DNA of 64,000 bases, taken from positions 1,275 through 65,274 of the forward strand of contig JAFTGB010000043.1 of the NCBI GenBank assembly GCA_017458125.1. The letters are read 5' to 3'. The notes beneath the pieces are model-generated. The model was not told the DNA's origin. It searched no databases and saw only the letters and a list, made by a program, of their open reading frames with translations. Below are positions 28,010 through 38,500 of this stretch, piece after piece. Position numbers and translations under genes: made by a program. Positions within the stretch are counted from its first letter, which is position 1; each line of letters begins with the position of its first letter. The stretch comes from Prevotella sp. Lineage in GTDB: Bacteria; Bacteroidota; Bacteroidia; Bacteroidales; Bacteroidaceae.

Positions 28010-30586
28010 ATGATGAAAAGAATTGTTTTCCTGTTTATTTCCGTGCTGTTGAGCATCGGAGCAGCACAGGCCATACCAGCCTATCCTGGTGTGTTCAAAG
28101 TCAAGCAACCCGACGGCACCACCGTCAGCCTGCGCCAGCACGGCGACGAGTGGATGCACTTCACCACCACCGCTGACGGCTATACGGTGGTCAAGGACGC
28201 GCGAGGCTATTACGTCTATGCCGAACTGAAAGACGGTAGCCTGCAGGCCACCGCACAGGTGGCTCACGACGCCGCTGTCCGCACACCGTCGGAGCAGACG
28301 TTCCTGGCCGCCATTAACAAGTATCAGGTTCCCGCCGTGTCGCCCAGGAAGGCCGCCATGCGCCAGGCCATGCAGGAGCGTCAGGCCGAGACGCGCGCCA
28401 CGCGCCGTGCCACGGGCTTCGGCAACTTCCGCGGACTCATCATCCTGGTGGAGTACAACGACTGCTCGTTCTCGCGCAAGGACATCAATAAGGTCTACAC
28501 CGACATGGTCAACCAGGAAGGTTATACGGGCTTCGGCGGCGACAAGTTCACAGGCAGCGTGCGCGACTACTTCAGCGACAACTCCAACGGACGGTTCGTA
28601 CCGCAGTTCGACGTGGTGGGACCCTACAAGGTGGACTTCAGCCAGTACGACGCACAGGGCGGCTACGAGCCCGGGGACTATGGCTACGACGAGTACGCGT
28701 CGTCGCGCATCACCTACGCCGCCATTGAGGCCGCTGACGCCGACGGTGTAAACTTCAAGAGCTACGACGGCGACGGCAACGGCTATGTGGACCTCATCTA
28801 CTTCATCTTCGCCGGTGCCGGTTCGCACTACGGCAACGACCCCGGACTGTGGTGGCCGCACCGCTGGGTGCTCTTCAACCCCGCCAACCCTTATTCCACC
28901 ATCCGCAAGGACGGCGTGCGCCTCTACGACTACGCCAGCAGCGTCGAGATGGCCGGTTACACCAGCTATCCGTCGACCATGAAGATTGACGGCATCGGCA
29001 CCATCTGCCACGAGTTCAGCCATGTGTTAGGACTGCCCGACTTCTACGACACCGACTACGAGAAGTCCGGGGGCGAGAGCGACCACCCCGGCGAGTGGTC
29101 GCTGATGGCCGGCGGCAGCTACATGAACGACTCGCGCACCCCCGTGGGCTACTCGCTCTACGAACGCTACTCCGTGGGCTTCTGCGACGCTCCCGCCACC
29201 ATCAGCGAGACGGGCAGCTACGAGTTGGAACCCCTGAACCTGAACGGCAAGGGCTACCGCATAGACTCCAACGACAACAACGAGTTCTTCCTCTTGGAGA
29301 ACCGCCAGAAGAGTGCCTTCAAGTGGGATGCCTACCTGCCCGGCAGCGGCCTGCTGGTACACCGCGTCGACCAGTCCAACACTGACGTGTGGAGCGACAA
29401 CACCATCAATAACGACCCCTCGCACAACTACTACGAAGTGGTGCGCGCCGGCGGCAGCAGCCACAGCGGCACGGGCTACGACGTGTTTCCCGGCACGGGA
29501 CATGTGACGGAGCTGAGCAGCTATACGTCGCCCGCCAGCCTGCGCACGTGGTCGGGCGAATACACCGAGTGGGGCCTGTCGAACATCAGCGTGAAGAACG
29601 GTGTCGTCAGTTTCAACGTCGGAAGCTCCAACAAGTTGCAGAAGCTGTCCCTGCCGCGCGAGCTGACCGTGGGCGAGGGCATGACGGCGCAGCTCGTGCC
29701 CACGGCGGTACCGTCGAGGGCCGCCTACACGCTGACGTGGTCGTCAGACAACGAGCAGGTGGCCACGGTGGATGCTGACGGACGGGTGACGGGCGTGTCG
29801 GAAGGTACCTGCACCATCTCGTGCGTCAGCGACAATGGGGTGACGGCATCGTGCACGATTACCGTCGGCGTGCTGCAGGTCTACACGCCCGACGAACTCG
29901 ACCCCGTTCCTGTGGGTGAGGCCATCGTCCTGCAGCTCACCGATGCCGAGGTGCTCTTCACCTACGGCAACCAGGCCTACCTGCGCGACAAAAAGGGCTG
30001 TGTCATGTTCAGCGGTACCGGCATCGACCTGAAACCCAACGACGTGGTCAACGGCACGGTGCGCGTCCAACTGGACTATTACTACGGCATACCCGTCATG
30101 GAGGGCATCGACCAGGTGACCAACGCCGCCAACCTGACCATCGTGGAAGGCGATGAGGTGCAGCCCCGTGAGGTGGCCTTCAGCGAACTGTCGCCCGGCA
30201 ACTACGGCGACTACATCCTCGTCAAGGGGGTACGACTGGAGCGCGACAACGGCATCTGGGCCTTCGACGACGGCGACCAGCGCGTCAAGCTCTACAACAC
30301 GTTTGACATCGACGGTATCAGCGTGCCCCTGAACCTGGACAACAAACGCTTCGACGTGTGTGGCATCCTGGTGCCAAGACCCGTGGGCAAGCGCATCATC
30401 CTACAGATAGAGATGCTGAAGAGTCCCGTGGAGACAGGGTCGGCTAATCCCACGGCCATCCGCGAGGTGAGCAGCAGCGGCAGCGGCGAAGCCGACGACG
30501 ATGCCTACTACAACCTGAACGGACAGCGCGTCAGTGCCACGGCCAAGGGTTTGTTGATACATCGTGGACGGAAAGTCATACGTTGA
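28010..30586 (+). CDS. M6-family metalloprotease paralog with Ig-like domain and T9SS CTD
   Basis: Same architecture and HEFSHVLGLPD motif; CTD YNLNGQRV..KGLLIHRGRK. Confidence 0.93.
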   Translation: MMKRIVFLFISVLLSIGAAQAIPAYPGVFKVKQPDGTTVSLRQHGDEWMHFTTTADGYTVVKDARGYYVYAELKDGSLQATAQVAHDAAVRTPSEQTFLAAINKYQVPAVSPRKAAMRQAMQERQAETRATRRATGFGNFRGLIILVEYNDCSFSRKDINKVYTDMVNQEGYTGFGGDKFTGSVRDYFSDNSNGRFVPQFDVVGPYKVDFSQYDAQGGYEPGDYGYDEYASSRITYAAIEAADADGVNFKSYDGDGNGYVDLIYFIFAGAGSHYGNDPGLWWPHRWVLFNPANPYSTIRKDGVRLYDYASSVEMAGYTSYPSTMKIDGIGTICHEFSHVLGLPDFYDTDYEKSGGESDHPGEWSLMAGGSYMNDSRTPVGYSLYERYSVGFCDAPATISETGSYELEPLNLNGKGYRIDSNDNNEFFLLENRQKSAFKWDAYLPGSGLLVHRVDQSNTDVWSDNTINNDPSHNYYEVVRAGGSSHSGTGYDVFPGTGHVTELSSYTSPASLRTWSGEYTEWGLSNISVKNGVVSFNVGSSNKLQKLSLPRELTVGEGMTAQLVPTAVPSRAAYTLTWSSDNEQVATVDADGRVTGVSEGTCTISCVSDNGVTASCTITVGVLQVYTPDELDPVPVGEAIVLQLTDAEVLFTYGNQAYLRDKKGCVMFSGTGIDLKPNDVVNGTVRVQLDYYYGIPVMEGIDQVTNAANLTIVEGDEVQPREVAFSELSPGNYGDYILVKGVRLERDNGIWAFDDGDQRVKLYNTFDIDGISVPLNLDNKRFDVCGILVPRPVGKRIILQIEMLKSPVETGSANPTAIREVSSSGSGEADDDAYYNLNGQRVSATAKGLLIHRGRKVIR

Positions 30587-30763
30587 TTAACAAAATTGGC
30601 TTATTTTAAAAAAAATTAATGAATTGCTTGGTTTTTTCCAAGCAATTTGTTATTTTTGCACCCGCTTGGCTGACAAAAAGGGAACTTGGAAGCATTCAAA
30701 CATACCAAAAAGATTGTTAAAGAAGCAAGTTTATTATATTTATTAACAAAACGAGAGAGTATT

Positions 30764-33700
30764 ATGAAAGAAAGATTAACAATGCTTGTGACATGTCTTT
30801 TCCTGATAGTGGGGGGGGCATTTTCCCAGACAAAAGTTAACGGTATCGTAGTTACCCAGCTTGAAGACGAGCCGGTGATTGGTGCGTCTGTCATGGTTGT
30901 CGGCACTACCGAGGGTACGGTGACCGATGCCAATGGTCGTTTTGAGCTGACCATGCCTCAGGGAAAGAAGACACTGCGCATCACCTACGTCGGCATGGAG
31001 CCGTTGGAGGTCAGCGCCCGTCCCAACATGCGTATTGTGCTGGCTGACGACGAGAATGCGCTGAGCGAGATTGTGGTGACCGGTTACGGCGTGACCCGCA
31101 AGGCTGCCTTCACCGGTGCTGCCTCTACCGTCGGTGCGAAGACCATCGGCAACAAGACCGACGCCAACCCCATCAAGGCACTGGACGGCACGGTGTCGGG
31201 TCTGGTTATGACCACGGAGTCCGGTCAGCCCGGTGCGCCTGCTACCGTGTTCATCCGTGGCCGCAACTCGCTGAACTCCGGCACACAGCCCTTGTACGTC
31301 ATTGACGGTGTGACCTTCTCGTCCGACGTCGTCGGCATCCGCGCTGACGAGGGTCAGGAGATTTCGCCCCTTGCCAACCTGAACGCCAACGACATTGAGA
31401 CCATCACCGTGCTGAAGGACGCTACCGCAACGTCCATCTACGGTGCCCGTGCCGCCAACGGCGTCATCGTCATCACCACCAAGAAGGGTAAGTCGGGCAA
31501 GCCCAAGGTGAGCTTCAACGCCAAGATTGGTTGGCAGATGATGCCCGCCTACAAGCATTTCAAGTCCTATCCTGTCAGCAAGGACAAGTACGAGGAACTG
31601 TGGGCAGAAGCCTGCGCCAACGAACTGGCAGCTACCGGCGAGGAAGGTGCGGTCTCTTATTACATGAACGCCTTGGGTCTGGACTTCAATGCCGAGGGCT
31701 ATAAGGAGTTCATGCTCTGGGGTACTGAGCTGTATACCGAGGAAGGCAAGTCGACCGACTGGTTGGATGCCGTGACCCGCAACGGACTGACCCAGAACTA
31801 CTCCATCGACGTGCAGGGTGGCGGTGCCGTGGCCGGTACGCCCTCTTACTACCTGTCGTTGGACTACCTGAACGACAAAGCCATCGTCATCGGAAAAGAC
31901 CTGACCCGCTACTCGTTCCGCTTCAACTTTGAGCACCAGCCGACAAAAATTGTGAAGTTCGGCTTCAACACCAACCTGGTTTACTCGGAGACCAACATGG
32001 GTGCCGGCGGCGGTTACTTCACCGACCCCATCACGCAGGCTTACATGCAGAGCCCGTGGTCGCCCATCAAGAAGGATAACGGCAAGTGGAACATGGAGAC
32101 CATCAACGGCTACAACCCCGTTGCACTGCGCAGTGCCAACGGTGACCAGAGCTTTGCCAAGCAGTACCGCGTGCTGTTCTCGCCGTGGGCACAGATCAAC
32201 ATCCTGCCAGACCTCCATTTCGTCACCCGTCCGAGCATTGACGCTCACATCGTCGACGAGTTCGGTTTCTGGTCGCTCCTGCAGCCGCAGGGCTTAAAAA
32301 TGCGCGGTATGGGTGAGGACGCCAACAACTACAACATCCACCTGTCCATCACCAACACGCTGAACTACATCAAGACCTTCAACCAGGTGCACAACCTGAA
32401 CGTGATGCTGGGTCAGGAGGCACAGAAGACCGTGCTGAAGAGAGCTTACCTGGCTGGTTCAAACTATCCCTTGGAGGACAAGCCGCAGGTGCAGTTGGCT
32501 TCTACGCCCGGCAGTGCCAGCACAACGATAGACCGCATCACGCTGGCCTCCTTCTTCGGTAATGCTGAGTATGACTATGCCAACAAGTATTACCTCTCTG
32601 CCAGCCTTCGTGCCGACGGCTCCTCGCGTTTTGCCAAGGGCAACCGCTGGGGTGTGTTCGCCTCGATTGGTGCCAAGTACCGCATTTCTTCCGAGAAGTT
32701 CATGGAGAGTACCAAGAGCTGGCTTGACAACCTGACCATCCGCGCCTCTTACGGTTCGTCAGGTAACTCTGAGGTGGGTGACGTCTCTGTTCCCGCCGGT
32801 GGCTGGTATGCCTATAAGGACCTGTACGGCTTCGGCTGGAACTACAACAGCCAGCCCGGTATGGCCTACGAGCAGATTGGTAACGACGACCTGAAATGGG
32901 AGCGTACCAAGAAGTTCAACATCGGTCTGGACGCCACCATCTTCAAGCGCTTCAACATTGAGTTCGACTACTACGTTCACAACACTACCGACATGGTGTT
33001 TGCCGTTCCTACCTCCTACGGCTTGGGACTGACCTCCGTCTACAAGAATATCGGTGAGTTGCAGAACAAGGGTATTGAGTTTACCATCGGTGCCAACATC
33101 ATCAAGAACGAGGACTGGAACTGGAACGTCTCGCTCACCGGTTCTCACAACAAGAACGAGGTGAAGAAGCTGTCTACAGACCAGCCTATCGAGAGCACTT
33201 ACCAGATAACCGAAGTCGGCCGTCCTATTTATCAGTTCAAGATGAAGGAGTATGCCGGCGTAGACCCCGAGACGGGTAATCCCCTCTGGTATCTGAACGA
33301 GACAGGCAACGAGACGACGACGAGCTACAACAAGGCTGCCAAGCGTTACGTGGGTGATGCCAACCCCAGCTTCTATGGTGCTTTCACCAACAACCTGACG
33401 TGGAAGGGTATCGACTTCTCGTTCCAGCTCAACTACTCCTTTGGCCGTAAGATTTACGGTAGCAACCTGCGCTATGATGAGCAGATTGGCGGTTCCTATG
33501 GTGAGAACTTCACGGAGTATGTCTATGAGAACCGTTGGCAGAAGCCCGGCGACGTGACGGACGTTCCCCGCCTGAGCGTGGGCTATGGTCTGGGCAGTGA
33601 GAGCACTTATGCCGATTCTCACTCATCCCGCTTCCTGATGAGCGGCAACTACCTGAAACTGCGTAACATTACCTTGGGCTACACCTTCCCGTCTGCTCTT

Positions 33701-33877
33701 ACCGAGAAGATTTACATCAGCCGTCTGAGAGTGTATGTTCAGGCTGACAACCTCTACACCTGGGGTGCCAGCGACTATCGCGGTCTCGACCCTGCCAGTG
33801 TCGGCGCCAATGGCGTACAGTGGTGGAACTTCCCGCAGTCGCGTAACGTCGTGTTCGGTTTGAATGTTAGTTTTTAA
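30764..33877 (+). CDS. SusC/RagA-family TonB-dependent transporter
   Basis: SGQPGA..FIRG, PLYVIDG, LKDATATSIYGARAANGVIVITTKKG, DGSSRF, LKWE, C-terminal VSF. Confidence 0.95.
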   Translation: MKERLTMLVTCLFLIVGGAFSQTKVNGIVVTQLEDEPVIGASVMVVGTTEGTVTDANGRFELTMPQGKKTLRITYVGMEPLEVSARPNMRIVLADDENALSEIVVTGYGVTRKAAFTGAASTVGAKTIGNKTDANPIKALDGTVSGLVMTTESGQPGAPATVFIRGRNSLNSGTQPLYVIDGVTFSSDVVGIRADEGQEISPLANLNANDIETITVLKDATATSIYGARAANGVIVITTKKGKSGKPKVSFNAKIGWQMMPAYKHFKSYPVSKDKYEELWAEACANELAATGEEGAVSYYMNALGLDFNAEGYKEFMLWGTELYTEEGKSTDWLDAVTRNGLTQNYSIDVQGGGAVAGTPSYYLSLDYLNDKAIVIGKDLTRYSFRFNFEHQPTKIVKFGFNTNLVYSETNMGAGGGYFTDPITQAYMQSPWSPIKKDNGKWNMETINGYNPVALRSANGDQSFAKQYRVLFSPWAQINILPDLHFVTRPSIDAHIVDEFGFWSLLQPQGLKMRGMGEDANNYNIHLSITNTLNYIKTFNQVHNLNVMLGQEAQKTVLKRAYLAGSNYPLEDKPQVQLASTPGSASTTIDRITLASFFGNAEYDYANKYYLSASLRADGSSRFAKGNRWGVFASIGAKYRISSEKFMESTKSWLDNLTIRASYGSSGNSEVGDVSVPAGGWYAYKDLYGFGWNYNSQPGMAYEQIGNDDLKWERTKKFNIGLDATIFKRFNIEFDYYVHNTTDMVFAVPTSYGLGLTSVYKNIGELQNKGIEFTIGANIIKNEDWNWNVSLTGSHNKNEVKKLSTDQPIESTYQITEVGRPIYQFKMKEYAGVDPETGNPLWYLNETGNETTTSYNKAAKRYVGDANPSFYGAFTNNLTWKGIDFSFQLNYSFGRKIYGSNLRYDEQIGGSYGENFTEYVYENRWQKPGDVTDVPRLSVGYGLGSESTYADSHSSRFLMSGNYLKLRNITLGYTFPSALTEKIYISRLRVYVQADNLYTWGASDYRGLDPASVGANGVQWWNFPQSRNVVFGLNVSF

Positions 33878-33902
33878 TGGAACCAGAAAATAAATAGAGA
33901 CA

Positions 33903-35312
33903 ATGAAAAATATGAAGATTTTAACAATAGGTGCTGTCCTGGCTGTCGGACTGCTTTCTTCCTGCAATTCCTATTTCGACGTTGATATGGATCAGAACAA
34001 GGAGTCCAAGGACGCTTTTAGCTCAGCACAGGATGTGAAGAACGGTATGATAGGTGCCTACTATGCGCTGGGAGACTACCGTTTCTACGGAAGGAATGTG
34101 GTGGCTCTGGGCGACATGGCTTCTGACATTGCCACGGCCAGTTCGTCCACCGGACACTTCTATGCCATCAACTCCTATGGAATCACTGACACCAATGGTG
34201 AGTTGGACGAAATCTGGAATTATGGCTACAAGGTCATCGACCGTAGTGTGCGCACCATTAACGGTGCCCAGAAGGTGCTGGAGGAAGGCGTGCTGGAAGA
34301 GGAAGAGGCTGCTATCAACTCTTACATCTCTCAGTGCTATGCCCTGCGTGCCTTAGCGACGTTTACGCTGACCAACATCTTCGGTCTGCCCTATCAGCCT
34401 GGTCAGGCTAACAGTCAGTTGGGTGTTATCCTGATTACCGACAAGCCCTACACCACTGAGGACAAGGTGCATCGCTCCACCGTGGCTGAGTGCTATCAGC
34501 AGGTGCTCAGCGACATTGCCAAGGCTAAGGAGTATTATGCGGGTGAGGACGAGATGAACGGTGCCGACCAGTTCTACTTCAATCTGGCTGCCATCTATGC
34601 CTTGGAGGCTCGTGTCAATCTCTATATGGGCAACTATGCTGCTGCCAAGGAGGCTGCTGAGAATGCTCTTGAGGAGCGTGGCTCCGACGGCGCTACCCCC
34701 AACGTTTACCTGAATATGTGGACTTCCAACGCCATCTCTGCCGAGGATATCCTGACTATTGCCAAGTCGAACGACGACAACCTGTCGGCTAATGCGCTGA
34801 ACACGCTGTACGGTGAGTACAAGGGTGGACTCACGTCATTTACCACATCTAAGTTTGGTGCGAATGACCTGCGTGCCGGTGTGCTGAACTACTATGCTTA
34901 CAAGTATTGTGGTCTGCCTACGGCTCAGGCTGTGAGCAACATTCCTGTCTTCCGCGTGTCAGAGATGTATCTGATTCTGGCTGAGTGCGAGGCTAACTTA
35001 GGCAATCTGGATGCCGCTAAGGAGGCTTTGTTGTTCACTGCCCAGCGTGACGCAGACATAGAGAGTGCCGACCAGCTGCCTTCTACCAAGGACGAGCTGA
35101 TGGATTTCATCAACGATGAGCGTATCCGTGAGCTTTACTTAGAGGGTCACCGTTGGTATGACGCCCGTCGTCAGGGACTGAAGATTACCGTGGCTACCAA
35201 CTCTCATGACTTTGACGTGGCTAAGTTCGTCTATCCTATCCCTGCTGCCGAAATCAATTCCGGTTACGGTGCGGAACAGAATGACGGTTGGTCCGACAAC
35301 CTGCCTAAGTAA
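33903..35312 (+). CDS. SusD/RagB-family lipoprotein
   Basis: Lipobox LSSC; ALRAL, ARVNLY, FRVSEMYLILAE, ERIRELYLEGHRWYDARR, YPIPAAE. Confidence 0.95.
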   Translation: MKNMKILTIGAVLAVGLLSSCNSYFDVDMDQNKESKDAFSSAQDVKNGMIGAYYALGDYRFYGRNVVALGDMASDIATASSSTGHFYAINSYGITDTNGELDEIWNYGYKVIDRSVRTINGAQKVLEEGVLEEEEAAINSYISQCYALRALATFTLTNIFGLPYQPGQANSQLGVILITDKPYTTEDKVHRSTVAECYQQVLSDIAKAKEYYAGEDEMNGADQFYFNLAAIYALEARVNLYMGNYAAAKEAAENALEERGSDGATPNVYLNMWTSNAISAEDILTIAKSNDDNLSANALNTLYGEYKGGLTSFTTSKFGANDLRAGVLNYYAYKYCGLPTAQAVSNIPVFRVSEMYLILAECEANLGNLDAAKEALLFTAQRDADIESADQLPSTKDELMDFINDERIRELYLEGHRWYDARRQGLKITVATNSHDFDVAKFVYPIPAAEINSGYGAEQNDGWSDNLPK

Positions 35313-35340
35313 ATACTTTACTTACAACGTAATGGAAACG

Positions 35341-35383
35341 ACTTCGGGAAGCCTGCCTCCAGCGGTGCTTCCCGAAGTTTTTT
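35341..35383 (+). terminator. Intrinsic terminator
   Basis: ACTTCGGGAAGC...GCTTCCCGAAGT 12-bp stem followed by a T-run. Confidence 0.8.
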
Positions 35384-35394
35384 AGGCGGTCGTC

Positions 35395-35472
35395 CGTAAA
35401 CGTTTACGTGAAATTTTTACACTTTTTTCTTGGCGAGAAAACCCAAAACTGCTTAACTTTGCAAACGATTTC
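35395..35472 (+). promoter_or_regulatory. Promoter with two LacI-type operator-like motifs
   Basis: Perfect palindrome CGTAAACGTTTACG (35395-408); TAACTTTG (35454-61); GCAAACGATTTC (35461-72). Confidence 0.5.
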
Positions 35473-35541
35473 GTGACGAAATCAAGAAAAAGCAAAAAGT
35501 CAACTGATATAACAAACTACTTAAAAACTAAAAACAATCTT

Positions 35542-38500
35542 ATGAAGAAAAACTTTACATTCAAAGCCGTGCTGTGCCTTGTCGTCAGCATCGTGCTCAG
35601 CCTCGCCACCGCTGAGGCAGCCACAACGAGAACTGCGTTGTGGGACTTCCAGAACATGAACCCGTCGAGCCTCTCCGGTCTGAAGATAGAGGGCGACCAG
35701 GACCATGTGGCTTCCACTAACTCCAGCATCAACATGTTCGTCATTGCCAAGAGCGGCAAGTTTGCCGTCCGCACAAGCGACGTGCAGGTCAATGCCAACA
35801 CCTATCTGCGCATCCCCGTGCAGAGCACCAGCGACAAGGTGACCATTGTCAGTTATCCCGGCTACTACAACTACAGCATCAACGGTACTGCAGCCAACGC
35901 CAACACCTACACCTATACCGCCACGTCGAGCGATGTGAGTCAGGGTTTCGTGCAGGTGCAGGCTACTTCGACATGCTACCTTTATAGTGTGAAGGTGGTG
36001 CAGAAGGTGAGCACGGCAGTCACCGCGCTCTGGGACTTTCAGAACGTCAACCCGTCGACGCTCTCCGGTCTCAGCATCGAAGGCAAGCAGGGTCATATTC
36101 CCTCCACGTTGAGCGACGTCAGCATCTATTGCATCGGACAGTACGGCAAGTTTGCCCAGCGTACCAGCGATGCTCAGCTGAACGCCAAGACTACGCTGCG
36201 CGTCCCCGTGACGAGCACGAGCGACGTGGTGACCGTCACCAGCTATCCCGGCTACCATAACTATGCCGTGGGCGGCACCGCTGCCACGGCCGACGTGACT
36301 ACCCACACGGCCACTTCCAGTGAGGTGAGTCAGGGCTATGTCGTCATCTATGCCTCGGCTACGAGCTACCTCTACAGCATCAAAGCTGTTCTGAATGCTT
36401 ACACGGGCAGCGGCACGGCCACGTCGAGCTCTTCTGGCAGTTCCAGTTCCTCCAGCTCCTCTACCTCTACAACAGACAACACCACTACGGCCAGTGCTAA
36501 CTTCACGGCCGTCAGCCAGAACTATTACATCGTCAGTGCCGGGTCGGCCAGTGGTTTCCTGTCGGCACTGGCCAAGGCCAACAGCAGCACGTCGAGCGGC
36601 CGTAAGTACATCTTCCTGCCCAACGGTACCTACAACTTGGGCACCACTTGTCTGACCGCCATCACCGGCAGCAAGATCAGCATCATCGGACAGAGCATGG
36701 ACAAGACCATCATCAAGAACGCTCCCTCCACCGCCAACGAGGGCATATCGACCACGGCGACGTTGCTCAACAAGGGTAGCTATAACTACTTCCAGGACCT
36801 GACCATTCAGAACGACTTGGACTACTACAACGCAGGGTCGGCCGGTCGCGCCGTCACGCTGCAGGACAAGGGTAACTACACCATCTGCAAGAATGTCAAG
36901 CTCAAGTCGTATCAGGACACCTACTACAGCAACAACAGCAGTGGCAAGTTCTACTTCGAGGACTGCGACATCCATGGTACCGTGGACTTCATCTGCGGCG
37001 GGGGCGACGCGTTCTTCAATGAGTGCACGCTCACCGTGGAGCCGCGCACGGCCAGCGGCTCTGGCAGCTGCGTCATCGCTGCGCCCTATACGCAGAGCAC
37101 GTGGGGCTACGTGTTCAACAACTGCACCATCGCCAACAATGCCGCAAGCTACAGCTTGGGACGCGCCTGGGGCGGCACGCCGCGTCTGGCCTACATCAAC
37201 ACCACGCTGTCGGCTCCGTCGAAGATTATCTCCACCCGTTTTACAGCAGCGGGCATGAACGTGCTGGCCGACAAGTTTGTGGAGTACAATTCAAAGAACG
37301 CTAACGGCAGCACCGTGTCGCCGTCGAGCAATGTCGTCACTTTCACCCTGAACGGTAGCAGCAGCAAGAAGGAGACTATCATCTCGGCTTCGGCAGCCGC
37401 AGGCTATGCGCTCAGCAAGGTGTTCACGTCGTGGACGCCTAACGAGGACGCCGCACAGCTCAAGGTGAGCAGCGTCTCGCAGAGCGGCAGCACCATCAAG
37501 TGGTCGGCAGTCAGCGGAGCCAGCTCGTACGCCATCTTCAAGGACGGTACCTTCGTGGCCATCGTCGGCAGCAGTACCACGTCGTACAATATCAGTGCCA
37601 CGGGTACCTATACTGTTCGCGCTTCCAATCCCATGGGCGGCTTCGGAACGGCCGGCAGCGTCACCGTGACGAACCTCTCTTCCTCCAGTTCGTCCAGCTC
37701 TTCCACAGTGTCCGGCATGAGCAGCTATGACAAGAATGCTCCTGTGGGCTGGGGCACCGTGGGTGGCAGCATCACGGGCTCTAACGGCAAGAATGTGGTC
37801 ACCGTGACTACGGCATCAGAGTTCTTGAGTGCCATGGCCGGTACCACCGCCAAGACCATCTATGTCAAGGGTAAGCTGACCTTCACCGGTCGTCAGACCG
37901 TCCAGGGAGCAAAGAACAAGACCGTCTACGGACTCAGTGGCTCGTCGTTAGTCAATACGACGCACACCGCTACCGTGGCCAACACGGGTATTCTGACGCT
38001 GAAGAACTGCTCGAACATCATCCTGCGCAACCTCACCTTCAAGGGCGCCGGTGCCTACGACTGCGACGGCTATGACAATCTGACGCTGCAGAACTGTGAC
38101 TACGTCTGGGTGGACCACTGCGACTTCCAGGACGGCGTGGACGGCAACTTCGATGCTAACAACGGCTCAGACCACATCAGCGTCACCTGGTGCCGCTTCC
38201 GCTACCTTATCAGCCCGTGGGCAGGCGGCTCCGGCGGTTCCGACGACCACCGCTTCTCTGACCTGTGGGGTGGCAGCGACAAGAGCGCCAGCACCGACGA
38301 GGGCAAGCTGCGCACGACGTTTGCCAACTGCTGGTGGGACGAGGGCTGCCGCGAGCGCATGCCGCGCGTACGCTTCTCGCAGATGCACATCGTCAACTGC
38401 CTCTACTCCAGTTCTGTGGCTAACTACTGCGTAGGTGCAGGCTACAAGAGCAACATCTATGTTGAGAAGTCGGCATTCACCAGTACCAAGACAAAGAAGA

